Below are positions 40,880-53,151 of a stretch of 64,000 nt of DNA, in pieces; position 1 is the first letter of the stretch; each line of letters begins with the position of its first letter. The notes under the pieces were generated by a model, which did not search any database, was not told where the DNA came from, and worked only from the letters and a program-made list of their open reading frames with translations. Position numbers and translations under genes: made by a program. The stretch comes from Chrysomallon squamiferum. Its lineage: Eukaryota; Animalia; Mollusca. Location of the stretch: positions 13,578,001 to 13,642,000 of the forward strand of contig CM022676.1 in assembly GCA_012295275.1 (NCBI GenBank), in the 5' to 3' direction.

Positions 40880-41630
40880 TCCTTTAATTACCACACATCT
40901 TACAACCTTGATAATCTTAAGATAAATGGCAACACACAGTCAAGATTTGAAAATTCATACTCAGATGTTTCAAACATTTATATCTCTAGAAATGAAAGTC
41001 TTGTCACACCGAACTCTTATATACCTCAGTAACGACATTCAAGAATTCAAATACCAATAACATGAAAATCTCTCTTTGAAACGTGTTTTGTAATCCCTGA
41101 CTAGTGATTTAATTGAAATTTGCCTATGAAAACTCAAAGTATTGGAAAGATCAAGTTATTGTTTCCACAGATAATGGGTCATTGATTAAGAAGACTGAAA
41201 TTAACTTACTACTGATCATCTGTGTAAGGCCTCTTTACATAACACATAACTGCAAACAGACACCAAAGAATTGCTGTAGTAAACTGTTAAATTTCATTAA
41301 TTGGTGTGTTTTTGCTTACAAATGAGTATATCGAGCCAAGAATCCTATTTGTAATTAAAGGCCAGTTAACAAACTGTGTTAATTGCATTCTGCCAAGATA
41401 GGAACGCTGAAAATACACACACAAACACAGTTACGTGTTCATGTGGATATGTATGTCAAATTCATTTTACTGTTTTGTACTTACTAAGTTATTAAATATG
41501 CAAGAGTCTATGTTTATTACAACATGAAATATACTCATCAGTCAGAATTCCTGTAAATATTTGAATTTTGAAAATTTTGAATTCCCTGAATGTTAAACTA
41601 TTTTTTGACACCTTCAAGTTTGATTTATCA
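40880..41630 (+). repeat. Dispersed repeat or duplicated intronic segment, copy 2
   Basis: Homologous to 35215-35850. Confidence 0.7.
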
Positions 41631-41983
41631 AAATTACTCACTATTTTAAAAAATGAACATTATCTACTAACATGGAAATTCTCTTATAAAATAAAAAATG
41701 TTATTTCACACAAAAGTATTTGTACTTGTCACTTACATTTTTTACAACTGCAAGATTAAGGCTAAAATTTTTTTTTTAAATTAAAAAAAATTACTAAATC
41801 AAGGGCCTCTAGCTAATGGTCACCTGTGTGTAAGGGCCACCTTAGTGACATCCTATGGTTGGTCATTATAAACAGGTTTGACTGTCTATATAAAAAGTTA
41901 TAAAGATTTTAAGACAGTTATCATTTTGCTACAGTTATTAATTTTCAACTGCAATTATTTAATGTATATATATATTTACATAC

Positions 41984-42313
41984 TTAATTCAGATTTAATG
42001 CATGTAGTATTTTGATCAGGATCAGTCATTGGTCCATCAGTGCATGTCCAGGTTCCAGCATCTACTTCAGGATTGAATGACTCTATTGTAAGTATGACAT
42101 TATTTGTACTTGGGTCAATGGTAACACTATAACCACTTGTTACTCCTCTTAGACTACAAATAGTGTGAGCAATATTGCATGTCACTATCTGATCACCATT
42201 TCCACGAAACATTTGTATACCATTTTCAACAGTTTCCGTTACTCTGCAAATGACTGTTGAATTGTGACCACTATATCCTCGGTTTAAACAATCTATGTAT
42301 GTCGATGCACCAC
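41984..42313 (-). CDS. Gene A atypical V-like Ig exon
   Basis: 330 nt, tttccag|GT ... A|gtatgt; GASTYIDCLNRGYSGHNSTVICRVTETVENGIQMFRGNGDQIVTCNIAHTIC...VILTIESFNPEVDAGTWTCTDG. Confidence 0.88.
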
Positions 42314-42510
42314 CTGGAAAATGTACAATGCATTGAAACTACATCAAAGAAGTTTTATGTTAAGTGAAATAAATTAAAAGCCTTTACATAAAGAAACTGA
42401 TCACAAACAATAATTACCACATTATAACCACTGGTTTATTTTAGTCTATACAGTCTAAAAATAATGATAATTTACAGTTATTTACTATGTAATTTTACTG
42501 CCGTTCATAC

Positions 42511-42565
42511 CTTTCACAGAATTATTACCAATCAAGATAAACAGCACAGCCACTTCAAAGATCAT
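42511..42565 (-). CDS. Gene A signal-peptide exon, MIFEVAVLFILIGNNSVK(G)
   Basis: Acceptor tttacag|ATA ATG..., hydrophobic core, phase-1 donor G|gtatga. Confidence 0.75.
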
Positions 42566-43208
42566 TATCTGTAAAATAATTAAATACCACAAATGTAAAA
42601 AAAAAAATATATATATATATATATTACGCATTTGTAACTGGTTCATTTATTTTATTCATATTTTTTATTTATGTATTCAGTATTGTTATCAAGAGTTTAA
42701 AAGGAGTAATGCCGTTGATTAGTTTGAATTGAATGTATGCTGCTAATGCGAGAGTAATATATAGAAAAATTAAACTTTAAAAAGCCACCATGACCATGCT
42801 ATATGAAAATATTAAAAGCTGATAATAGTAAGTTGCTCTTTCACATCAACTCAATTGGTACTTCATTTGAATCATATAATCTCTTGCTTTTTTCATTACT
42901 GTTTTATTTTTAATTTTAATTTTTTTTATTATTTACCAATTACCAAAAAATTATCGAGGTGGCATGTTTATGATGTTAGAGATCATTAATTTAAATGTTA
43001 AAATATCTTTATCAGTATCATGACTATGATTATCAGAATCAAAAATAACACATTAATTTCAGATTAAATTATTTCCACTGTAACTGTCATGATCGTGATC
43101 CGCAAAATAGTGAAATAGTCACGAACTCAGCTACAGACGTTCTCCTCAAATGTTTGTTTTTAAATGTTACAGAAAAACACCATAAAATAGATAGATTTAA
43201 TAACTTAC

Positions 43209-43360
43209 TGGCAGATGTAACGTGACAGGCCTTCGAAACCTTGCTTCTTCTTTGGTATTTTTCACCGATCTCTGATGCGCAATCCATTCAAATCTCGTAC
43301 TCGACCATCCGGTTTTCTGTCTGTTTAATGCTTGGCCAAAAACACGTGTCGAGATTAACT
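43209..43360 (-). promoter_or_regulatory. Putative first (5'UTR) exon and promoter of gene A
   Basis: Locally CpG-rich, with a perfect donor A|gtaagt at 43203-43208 and a CACGTG E-box near 43343. The leader exon has an acceptor, so it needs an upstream exon. Confidence 0.45.
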
Positions 43361-43977
43361 AGTCTGTAGTCTAGTTATATCTTGAGTCAGTTTGGAATTT
43401 GAGTATCAAATTGGTGAAATGAGCTAATGTGACATTAAAAAAAAAAAAAAACAAAAAAATTCTATCTATCTATCTATTATATTATATTTATATTGTATTG
43501 TATTGTATTGTATTGTATTGTATTATGTTATATTATATTATATACATACATACATACATACATACATACATGCATACATACATAATACATACACACACAT
43601 ATATATATATATTGCTTTTTTTTATAAAATACTTCCAGAATTATTCTATTGTTTTAAATTAAAACATCTTCAGGCCAACTTTCTTTCTTCATGAGACATC
43701 CATAAACATGTTTAAATCGAGGCCTTCTTGTATTTTATAACTTTATACTTTTTTTTTTAGCATTATTTAAGTTGTGATATCATTTCAATGGGACAGTAAT
43801 AACTGATATTAATTAAAACAAGCTGTTATTAGACATACTTGAAACATTCAGAATCTGTTCTTATTATTATGCAACTATTTACTAGATTTAGATAATTTGT
43901 ATTCATGCTTCCAGTGATTTGTGGACATTGTATAGGAATATATGATGATTCCAAATGAACAGGTCTGTAATAGTAAA

Positions 43978-44590
43978 GGGTCATTCCGTGTCAAATCACC
44001 CAATGGGTTAAACCCGACCGTCTCAAATTTTATTAAACTTGGTGTACTTGTTGATTGGGATCTGAATTTGTTCTCCATAATTATTAATTATACATTTATC
44101 AGTTTGTTGTAGGTAATTGTTAATTTATTTTGTATTATTATTTTTGAATTTGTTCTTGGGTATTTCTGTATTAATTTATTATTCATCCAGTAACTCATTT
44201 ACACTCAAAAGCCAATTTTATTTGTGTGCTAGGCTGTTGTTACATAAACAAACAAACCTTTATTTATATTATAACTATCAGATTTTTGAATAAAGTTTGT
44301 TTTCTGTGAAAACTATTAGGGTCATTCCATGTCAAATCATCCAAAACTTTTTTTTTTAATTCCGACCGTCTCAGATTTTATGAAACTTGGTATACTTGTT
44401 GACTGGGATCCCACAGCACCAAATCCAAAAATTTAGGCCAATCGGACCAGTGGTGGGGAGATACAGCAACCTGAATTTTTAGACATATCTTCATAAAATT
44501 GGTATTGTTGAAAAGGCAATATAAGACGGATTCCAAATCTGCCTACAACAAATTGATAAATGTATAATTATGGAGAACAAATTCAGAATT
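43978..44590 (+). mobile_element. Rearranged ends of a non-autonomous DNA transposon
   Basis: Two direct copies start GGGTCATTCCRTGTCAAATCA (~43978, ~44319). TCTGAATTTGTTCTCCATAATTA (~44061) recurs inverted at ~44566-44588. Confidence 0.6.
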
Positions 44591-45553
44591 ACTAAAAATA
44601 GATTATAAAATTATAGACACCAAATTAATAATTTCCTGCAATTTCTAAAATTCCAAAAAGAAGTTTTTAAATAATGACAATAAACTGAGGAGAAGAAAAA
44701 ATAATGCACAGTACGTAATATAACAATTAAAAATTAACAAAAACAGATTAACAAAAACTAAAATATATACTGATAACTTAAGACAGAATTATCAAAAAGC
44801 CATAAGTATTTATAGATATAAATAAATAAATTAATAAGTTCAGCAAAAATAACAGAAACATTTTTCATGAATTTTTCATTTTAATTCCTGTCATTTGCAA
44901 AATTTTGATTTTAAAAATGCACAATAATTGACGTGCAGCTTTGTAAAACCTGTATGATAATCAGCTTGACTCAGTATGAATAATTTCAAAGCTTTTTTCA
45001 GTTAATTCTGATTCTGTTGGTACTCGTTCTACTTTTTCTTATGTGTCTGTCAGTGATTAGTAGAATCACATAGAAGTCAAGTGCAGTTTCATTTTTGTGA
45101 CAATTAACAAATGCATGTGAAGAGAATAAATTATTGTTGGAGGAGCCAAACTGCATGTAAAATTCAGTTTAAATAAACTGTGCAGGAATACAGAGGAAGC
45201 TTTCATGAAATAGTATCAAAATGGGATTTATTTATTGAGAAAGTTCCATCCAAAATTGCTATGTTTTATGTTGCATGAATTCAAGTTCAGTATCAAAGAA
45301 AACAAAAACTTTGAAATGAAAGATTACTAATAATGAAGGCTCTGGGGTGGTAACTAATATTGAAAACTCATGAAAATGAAACTGAATCCAAATCTGGACA
45401 AAATATTTTGTTTTCCTGATCTGTTGTCTTATAGACTAACAGTACCAGTTGAAGCATATTTATGGTATGCTTATTTTAAAATAATGCTTATGAAAAGATG
45501 TTCTTCTTTTTAATTAATTAATTAATTAATTATTATTATTAAAACTTATTAAA

Positions 45554-45595
<42 letters not shown>

Positions 45596-45861
45596 GATGT
45601 AGAATGTAATCTACAAAGATATATCTTGCTTACTTTGATGTTAAAAAAATGGTAAAATATGTCAAATTGTGGCTTATAGTATACACAGCAGTGGGAAGAA
45701 ACAATTATGCATTAGGATCAATCATTTTTATTTTTGTTTATGTTAGAGTGAATATTTTATTGGCAATGTACTCAGCACTCAGATAAATTAAAAATTTTTT
45801 TTTTTTTTTTTTTTTCACATTTCTTTTTTTTTTATTATATTCATTAGTATACATTTTAACC

Positions 45862-45904
<43 letters not shown>

Positions 45905-45976
45905 AATCTTATTTGTAACTTGTTTCTGTTTCTCTAATGTTATTCCACTCCAAAAGAACCAAATACCAAACATTTT

Positions 45977-48790
45977 CCAGGGTGACCATCTCTTATTATG
46001 ATACAAATTCACTCATATAAATGCTAAATGTTGGGACCAGATTCTTAGTATTTTGAAATTATGACTGATCAAAACTAGTGCCTGTCACCTCATTCTTGGC
46101 AATCGGAACTATATCAAGGTACTTCAGGCTATTTTTGAAGTTAATAACTTTATTTATTGTAAAGATATTGAGCTGAAATTTGCTTTGTTACATGCTTCAG
46201 AATGGATTCATTTTTGTACATATCTGTGTTGGTTGTTGACTAGGACATATCTAAAATTTAGTTTTTTATCATTTGAAACATAGTTTTTGTACTTTGGAGG
46301 TCTGTTATTTATTTGTCTTAGATACAAACTGTTGATTGATTTGAAGTATGCAACTATGGATATTTCTTTGTGGTAAAGATTATCTGAATACTGTAAAAAT
46401 ATTAATATGTAGATAATGTCCAAATATGAGAAAAACATAACAAAATGCAAAAAATATACATGCATAGTTGGGGTGATTTGACCATGTGGGCAATTACCTA
46501 GCACCATGAGCTTTTAATATGATTAACTATTATCTATTTGCTATAGGTATTCCAACTTGTGGCTCAAAGTTCAGGAACAACGCATGCATTATTTATCATG
46601 TTATACAGATTTTGTACTAGTAACCATAGCTTAATCACAAGTATTGTTTTAATCTGAATTTCATTCTGGGCATAAGTTCATTTTCATGTTACAGCAATTT
46701 TTTTAAAAATTACAATAATGTTTGTTAAACCAGATACATCTACTTAGAGCAAAAAAATTCTGAATAAAAAATTGGTAGTTATTAGAAAGAATTGTTTGAT
46801 TAACTGCCAGATATTTTCTTTAGATATATGGGGAAAATGCAATCTGGTACATACTATTATTAAAAGATAATTAAATTTAAGGAAATAATGCACATATGTT
46901 AAGCTTTTGAGGAGAAATAAATCGAAGATTTAGTAAGTAAATTAATTAATTAATATAGTGAAATCCATCAGAATCAAACACGCTGTAAACTGAAATTCCT
47001 TTGAAACCAGACATATTTTGCAACTCCTTTTTAAATATCAGTTCTGAATATAACCTCTATAAACTTAGAACTTACAGTTATCTGAAGCTGCTTAACTCTT
47101 CTTAGCATAGGATACTCTATCTTGCTGGCTAATACAGGTTTTGATGGGTGTACAGTCCAGTGCCTGAGCTTGTTGTTAAAGAATCAGCTCTCTTTCCATC
47201 AGTTGATACTCTTCATCATAATTAACAGTCTTATCAGGGTTTTTTTCATCTTCTGAGCAAAACAGTATTGCATGCCTAATCATTGTGAATCCTAGCCTGA
47301 AAAGCTGCCATTCAAGGTTATATATTAGTTTAGATTTGTTCACCTCCCATGACTTTGATTTTGATGATGGCATATTGTAAAGAAATGTTTTCACATAGAC
47401 AGGACCTTTAAAGTTAACAGTATCTGTACAAAAAACCAGTGGCTTACTTTGTGATATCCATCAGCACCACTTTATAGGTAAAACAGCTACATTGAGAAGC
47501 TAAAAGAAAACCTTTCTGTTGTCTTGTTAAACATTGTAGAAAACTGCAGCTTCAAAATTCAAGATGCTGCTCAATGCTACCACTGATAAAATTCTCAAGC
47601 CACACTCCACTCATTCATATTACACTCTGAATGACGAATTAAAATACCTAAATGGCTGTATAATTTAAGATTGCATTCATTTATTTCAGCCATTGTGTAT
47701 TATCTTAAAACACAATATTATCCTTTAAGAAACTTTCACACTTCAATAATGGGCAGCTGGTCAATATAAAAACTTCAAAAGCTTTATTAAATGATGCTAT
47801 CATAAAAGTTGCAGTAGATGCATTTCTTTGCCACAAGCCATGGTAAGAGTCCTTGTGATGGTATTTATGGTACAGTGAAACATCTGATTGCTAGGGATAG
47901 CTTGACAGCATCTGATATGTTTATCTGCATCCAGTCACATTGCTAGAGTGACATTTTTGTTTTCTTCATTTTTGCACATAACACTGGACGAAATGAAAAG
48001 CAGTTTGAACTGTCTTCTTGCTTGGATTCAGCTACGACTCTTGTAGGCACTTGATCTCACCACTGTTTCATTTCCATCAGTGAAGTAGAGCTGAGAATGA
48101 AAAGAATCTTGGTTAACAATGTATATACTTTGATCACTTCAGACCAGACACTGTTACCATCACTACCTAGTATGCACCATGATTCCCAAAGCTAAAGTTA
48201 AGACAAAGAATGTTATTGAAAGTATAGCAGAATGTTGTGATGAAGAAAATGATGTTCTTGTTGAAATGATCCAGTAAAGGACCTCTCTCCTGGCCTTCAG
48301 CTTCATGAAAAGATTAGTGTTAGGTTCAGTTTCAAGTTGTCATTTGTCCTCTGGTGCACCTCAAGTGCAAGGACATAGTGCTCAATTTTATTAAACTGTC
48401 TACACAGATTAAAAATAAATTACCAACATTTCTGTAATTAAATGTGGATATAAAGTTGAACCTGTATATTAAGACATTCTAATTATGAATACTTTCTTGA
48501 TGTATGTTGATGTTTGAACTTACGGTTGAAGTAAACAGTTGAATCACTGCACTGAAACTTTACTTTCCCATTATTAAACAGGGATTAGAAAGTTAAGTTT
48601 ATTTATGTATCAAGGTTTGAGCCACAGTTATTAGCTTTAAAAAATAGCCCAAAACATTATGACATACAATGGGGTAACAGGCACTACTTTTGATCAATCA
48701 TAATTTCAAAACTAATAAGAATCTTCTGTGAGCATTTTGCATGTTTCCATCATTTATATGGATGCACAAATAAGTGAAATGGTCACCTGG
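45977..48790 (+). mobile_element. Decayed Sola-like DNA transposon with long terminal inverted repeats
   Basis: ~150-bp imperfect TIRs (45977-46100 vs 48660-48790, e.g. ttttgaaattatgactgatcaaaactagtgcctgt). Broken transposase motifs include FKIQDAAQCYH, AGQYKNFK and HFFATSHGKSPCDGIYGTVK (47821-47880). The superfamily is assigned from remembered motif similarity. Confidence 0.7.
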
Positions 48791-48869
48791 GCTATTCTGG
48801 TAGGGTTGCCACAGAATGATCCTTTTTTTGTTTTTAGTGAATTTGTTTAATAATGTACTCCATCAGAAT

Positions 48870-49860
48870 TGTTTCTTGGCAGACGTGTTCGAACGAGATT
48901 GGATATCTTGCGTCCAAGTTTGGAGAACTCTGTTAAAAAGAGAACTATTCCAAAAGCAAGTAAAACACGGGTGTTCAATGTTGGAGATTCAGTACAAGTG
49001 AAGAACTACAGAAGATCTGACAAGTGGTTGAGTGAATAAAGTACTGTGTCAGCATGGCCTGTTACCTAAACAGTGAAAGTTGGAGATTTTGTGTGTAAAA
49101 GACATGTGGATCAATTTCGTAAATGTGTGCATTTGGAGGATAATAGGAACCCTTCCCCTGAACTGTCTGCAATTGGTACTGAGTCTGAAATGGAATTTGT
49201 TGAACCAACTGTTCAGGTGGAAGAGATTGAGATGAAAAACAGAACGGTTACTTCTAATGCCGTAGAGGATGCTTCTGATGTCATCGACGATACTGTTGAC
49301 GATGTACCGCAACTACCAATACCACCAACGCCAAGATTCCTAGACATGCTCGAAAAACAACTCAAAGACTGATAGAAACTATTTAAAGTGATTTAATCTG
49401 AATCTGTGTAATACGGAATTCATTGAAAGATTGTAGAATTAGTGTTATTTTTTTTTATTATATTTTTTTAAAATAATTATTTGTTATTTGAAGTTCCATA
49501 TGTGACCAATGGACATACTTGATAAACTGTAATTGAACTATTATGGTGTCCAATGAAAAAAAAAAAAAAAAAAAAAAAAAAAATAAAAGTTTATTTGTAA
49601 AGTTCAAAGTTCAATTGTTTAGTTATTACTAATTAGTAAATCACACAAATTTATTTTAGAATTTTACATATAACATAATTTGTGGGTAAATTGAAAATTT
49701 GGAGGGGAGGAAGTTGTGTATCTAAATGGTGTTATAGTTAACATTGTTACAGTTTACGATAATGGCAATAGAAGAGCTGTAGTCATACAGAGAACTGAAC
49801 TTTAAAATGAGCAACCACTTAAACACTGATACCAGCAAATTCCAGTTGTTATATACAGTA
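48870..49860 (+). mobile_element. 3' remnant of a Gypsy LTR retrotransposon (integrase C-terminus, polypurine tract, LTR start)
   Basis: RVFNVGDSVQVKNYRRSDKWL and VKVGDFVCKRHVDQFR (xRHVDQLR integrase tail motif). Polypurine tract GGAGGGGAGGAAG at ~49701 is followed by TG. Confidence 0.75.
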
Positions 49861-50730
49861 GAAGCTGAACATTTTGGATGTCAGAAATCTGGATTATGAC
49901 AGACTCTCTTTCTAAATAAAGCAATGTTTTGTTTGGGTATGTATTGCACTGTCACAAACAAGCTATCAAACTGATTATACAGAAATCATATTTTTTTTGG
50001 AAGTTTTGGGCTTTGTATATGAAAGATTTTTCATTAATGAATAAAAAGTAAATAATCAGTTTGTATAAATTGACTGCTCCTTTCATATGTTTCCAGATAT
50101 TTTATTTTTACAATTACAAACATTAAAACATCTACTTTTTTGAGGTGAAAATATTTGTTTATTTTTATCAAGTGTTGATTTTATTATACTTTACAATTGC
50201 TAATTTTGCTAAAAACAAATATGCATTATTAATTAATGGATAAAACATAAAAATGTATTGTTCATCTCTGTTTGATTCCTCTTTAGAACAAAATATTGAA
50301 AGTACTGCTATTTAATATATCTTTTCTGATACTTTGGAAAAACATTTTGTGAAGGTTAGAAAAGATAGGAAAGGCGTTCACGTCAAACAATATGAGGACA
50401 GTTTCTGGAACAGATTGTTTCAGACATATTTATGCACGCAGACAGACAAAAAAATCAGGATTAGCTTACATCAAAGAAATGCAATACGGTTAGGCAGTTT
50501 CTTGATGTTGTTGGACATAACTGAACATTTATTAAAGACTATTTATTTAAGCTTTTGAAGAACTTTTTGACAAACTTTTGCAAATAGTGGTCATAAATAA
50601 ACTGTTGGATAGATCCATTATAACCAACGTTTTGAATGTGACTGTTGTCAAGAACAGAATAGTTCAATAAAGTTATTATTTATACTAGTAAAGTGTAAAG
50701 TAAATCAGAAAGGAAATATTCAATTCACAG

Positions 50731-50768
<38 letters not shown>

Positions 50769-51087
50769 TTGGTTTAATATAACTGAACAATTCTCTGAAT
50801 TTTTATAAGGAAATAGATTTGCTGAATATGCAGATAAGAACCCTTTAACTTAGATAATTACCTTGCTAATCTTGATGACGCTGGTCATTGCTGGCTAGCT
50901 GCTATTACATCTTGTAATTTGATATTATTTTTAAACTTGGATTAAAAAATGTTGATGCTAATGGATTATAACGGTTACCTGGAATACTCAAAGTCAATAC
51001 AAGTAAATTAAAAGTCAGGTAATGCTGTAAGCAGGTCTCTGTTCAACCTTTTGATATTTCAGAAGAACAAGACTTTTCAAGTACAAA

Positions 51088-52250
51088 CAGGGCTGTCTTA
51101 ACAGCATCATGAGCAGTGCACTGGGGCCCCAACATACACTAATGCTGATAGAAATAAATAGGTAAATTGTTGATAAAATAAAATAATTTTGTGTTATACT
51201 GGTGATTCCAAAACAATCAGAGTTTAAATATTAAGAAACAAAGATTAATCAACACAGATGCTTCAACAATATAAAATGAGCCTTGAAAAAAAAGTAAAAA
51301 ATTTCAACATATTGATACTAAACTAGTAAACAATAAAGATTGAGAAGGCACAGTATAAAATTCACTTCAAACCTTTGCTAAATTCCTCTGCAGAAAATTG
51401 CTTTAATATTGGCTTGAAATCAGTGGTCTTCAGGATGTCTTTTTTCATGTTCACAAGTGAAAGCCAGTTCAAACACTCCATTGGGCTTCAAAGCTGATTT
51501 TTTAAAAATTTCAGGCTCTGTTTAGTATGTAAACATAATTTGTAGCTGAGGTATTGTCATTTGTCTGACCACAGCAGTTTGATAGTGGCATTTTATTCTC
51601 ATTAAAGAAATGGTAATGCTCTGGGGGCAAGAAAGTGAATTACAGAATGATTGTATCAACATTTCATGCCAATGTGCCTGCTCTGATTGATGATGTTCAA
51701 GTAATGAAGAATCTGACTTTTATGCCGAAGAAAATACACCATAAAGCAATTATGATGTTTTCTCAATTTTCATGTTCTACAATATCATTTCTGTGCTTCC
51801 AGCCATTGAATCCTGGTGTAGCAATGGCAGATTCTATCTTGGTGACATTATAGAGCAGTACAAACAACCCTGTGATGGGGAATAGAGTAGCTATTCTGCA
51901 GTTCTCATTTAAACATATTTAATAAATACCTTGTCAAAGCATTTTCTCCTTCACCTCCTTTATATACTCAGAGTTGAGTCTGAAAAGTTGCTATCATGAT
52001 TCTGATATGATGACAACCCATTACGAATCCAGAAATCCAGTGCTTTATTGTTAGACCTTTGTCTTGGCTTACACCATGAGTGAACAATTCCTCTAACTGG
52101 ATTATGCACATATTTTTTCACTTTCTAGGCATTTTTCTGTAAAATCTCTATATTGTTGCTTTACAAAGGAACTTACAAAAAAGTTAGTTAGCAGGTGGTC
52201 GTTATATACAATTAAAATAAATGCATAAAGTAGTCTGTGAAATGCCCGCT
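51088..52250 (-). mobile_element. Decayed hAT transposon (C-terminal dimerisation domain)
   Basis: Minus strand ~51380-51520 reads SLKFLKNQL*SPMECLNWLSLVNMKKDILKTTDFKPILKQFSAE, similar to the hAT C-terminus. A CAGGGC terminus lies at 51088. Confidence 0.65.
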
Positions 52251-52467
52251 ATGCAGGAGTGATTGTTAAATAAAGATGTCGATGTAACAGGTTCAGCCGA
52301 ACATGTTAATCTTGTTCACACGAACATTACTTATTTAGTGCTGACCATATAGTACAAGAGTAATTTTATTCAAAAGTGTTGCTTTTTTTTTTTTTTTTTT
52401 TCAATGTAATATTGATTTATTATCGAATTTTCAAACCACTAAATTAGTGATAATAATGTTAAATTTA

Positions 52468-52545
52468 GGAGATGCTACGGTGGGGATTGAACCTGTGATC
52501 ATGCCGAGCAAGGGAGACTATATTTGACCTAAGGATATCGCTACA
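52468..52545 (-). pseudogene. Degenerate tRNA-like or SINE head
   Basis: B-box-like GGTTCAATCCCC on the minus strand; no convincing cloverleaf. Confidence 0.35.
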
Positions 52546-53087
52546 AAACGATAAATGAAAAAAACCCACAAAAACATCCAAAGTAAATTGTGATATTTGT
52601 TGTCGATTACATTTGTGGCCACAACACACCTCTTCATAAGTACGTGGATTACAACTAATCAATGATCGTGCATCCTTTTTACTGTTCATAACAAAAATAT
52701 TTATTGACCAGGTATTCTTTTAATACAGACTTAAATGGTTCGTATTTTAAGGAATAAGATATGCATTATTACATTGATGTATATAATATTATGTCCACCA
52801 CTTGATATATTTATAACTTTTTGCTTTTATTTCTAATTTTATTTCAATTAATAAGTTACAGATTGTTGTTTTGTACGTGAAATTGTACTTTTAACTTATA
52901 CATCTTAGTTTTATTTTGTATAGGGTTTCTTATTTTAAATATTCTCGTCATGTTCTCGTTTATGACGAAGACAGAAATCTCATCTTTGTTTTAACGCAAA
53001 GCCCTGCATATGTATGAAACTATTTTTCAGTAGAAACATTATTTATTTATTTATTATTTTTTGCATATATTAATTATAATTAAAGTT

Positions 53088-53089
<2 letters not shown>

Positions 53090-53148
<59 letters not shown>
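53090..53148. repeat. (TA)n microsatellite
   Basis: Directly visible. Confidence 0.95.

Positions 53149-53151
<3 letters not shown>

Noticed and set aside
21930-42565. Assigning a gene symbol (nephrin, hemicentin, CEACAM, Dscam) or RAG-type recombination signals
   Set aside because: Only generic Ig motifs are visible. I noticed no heptamer-spacer-nonamer arrangement flanking the V-like exons, and they have normal splice sites.
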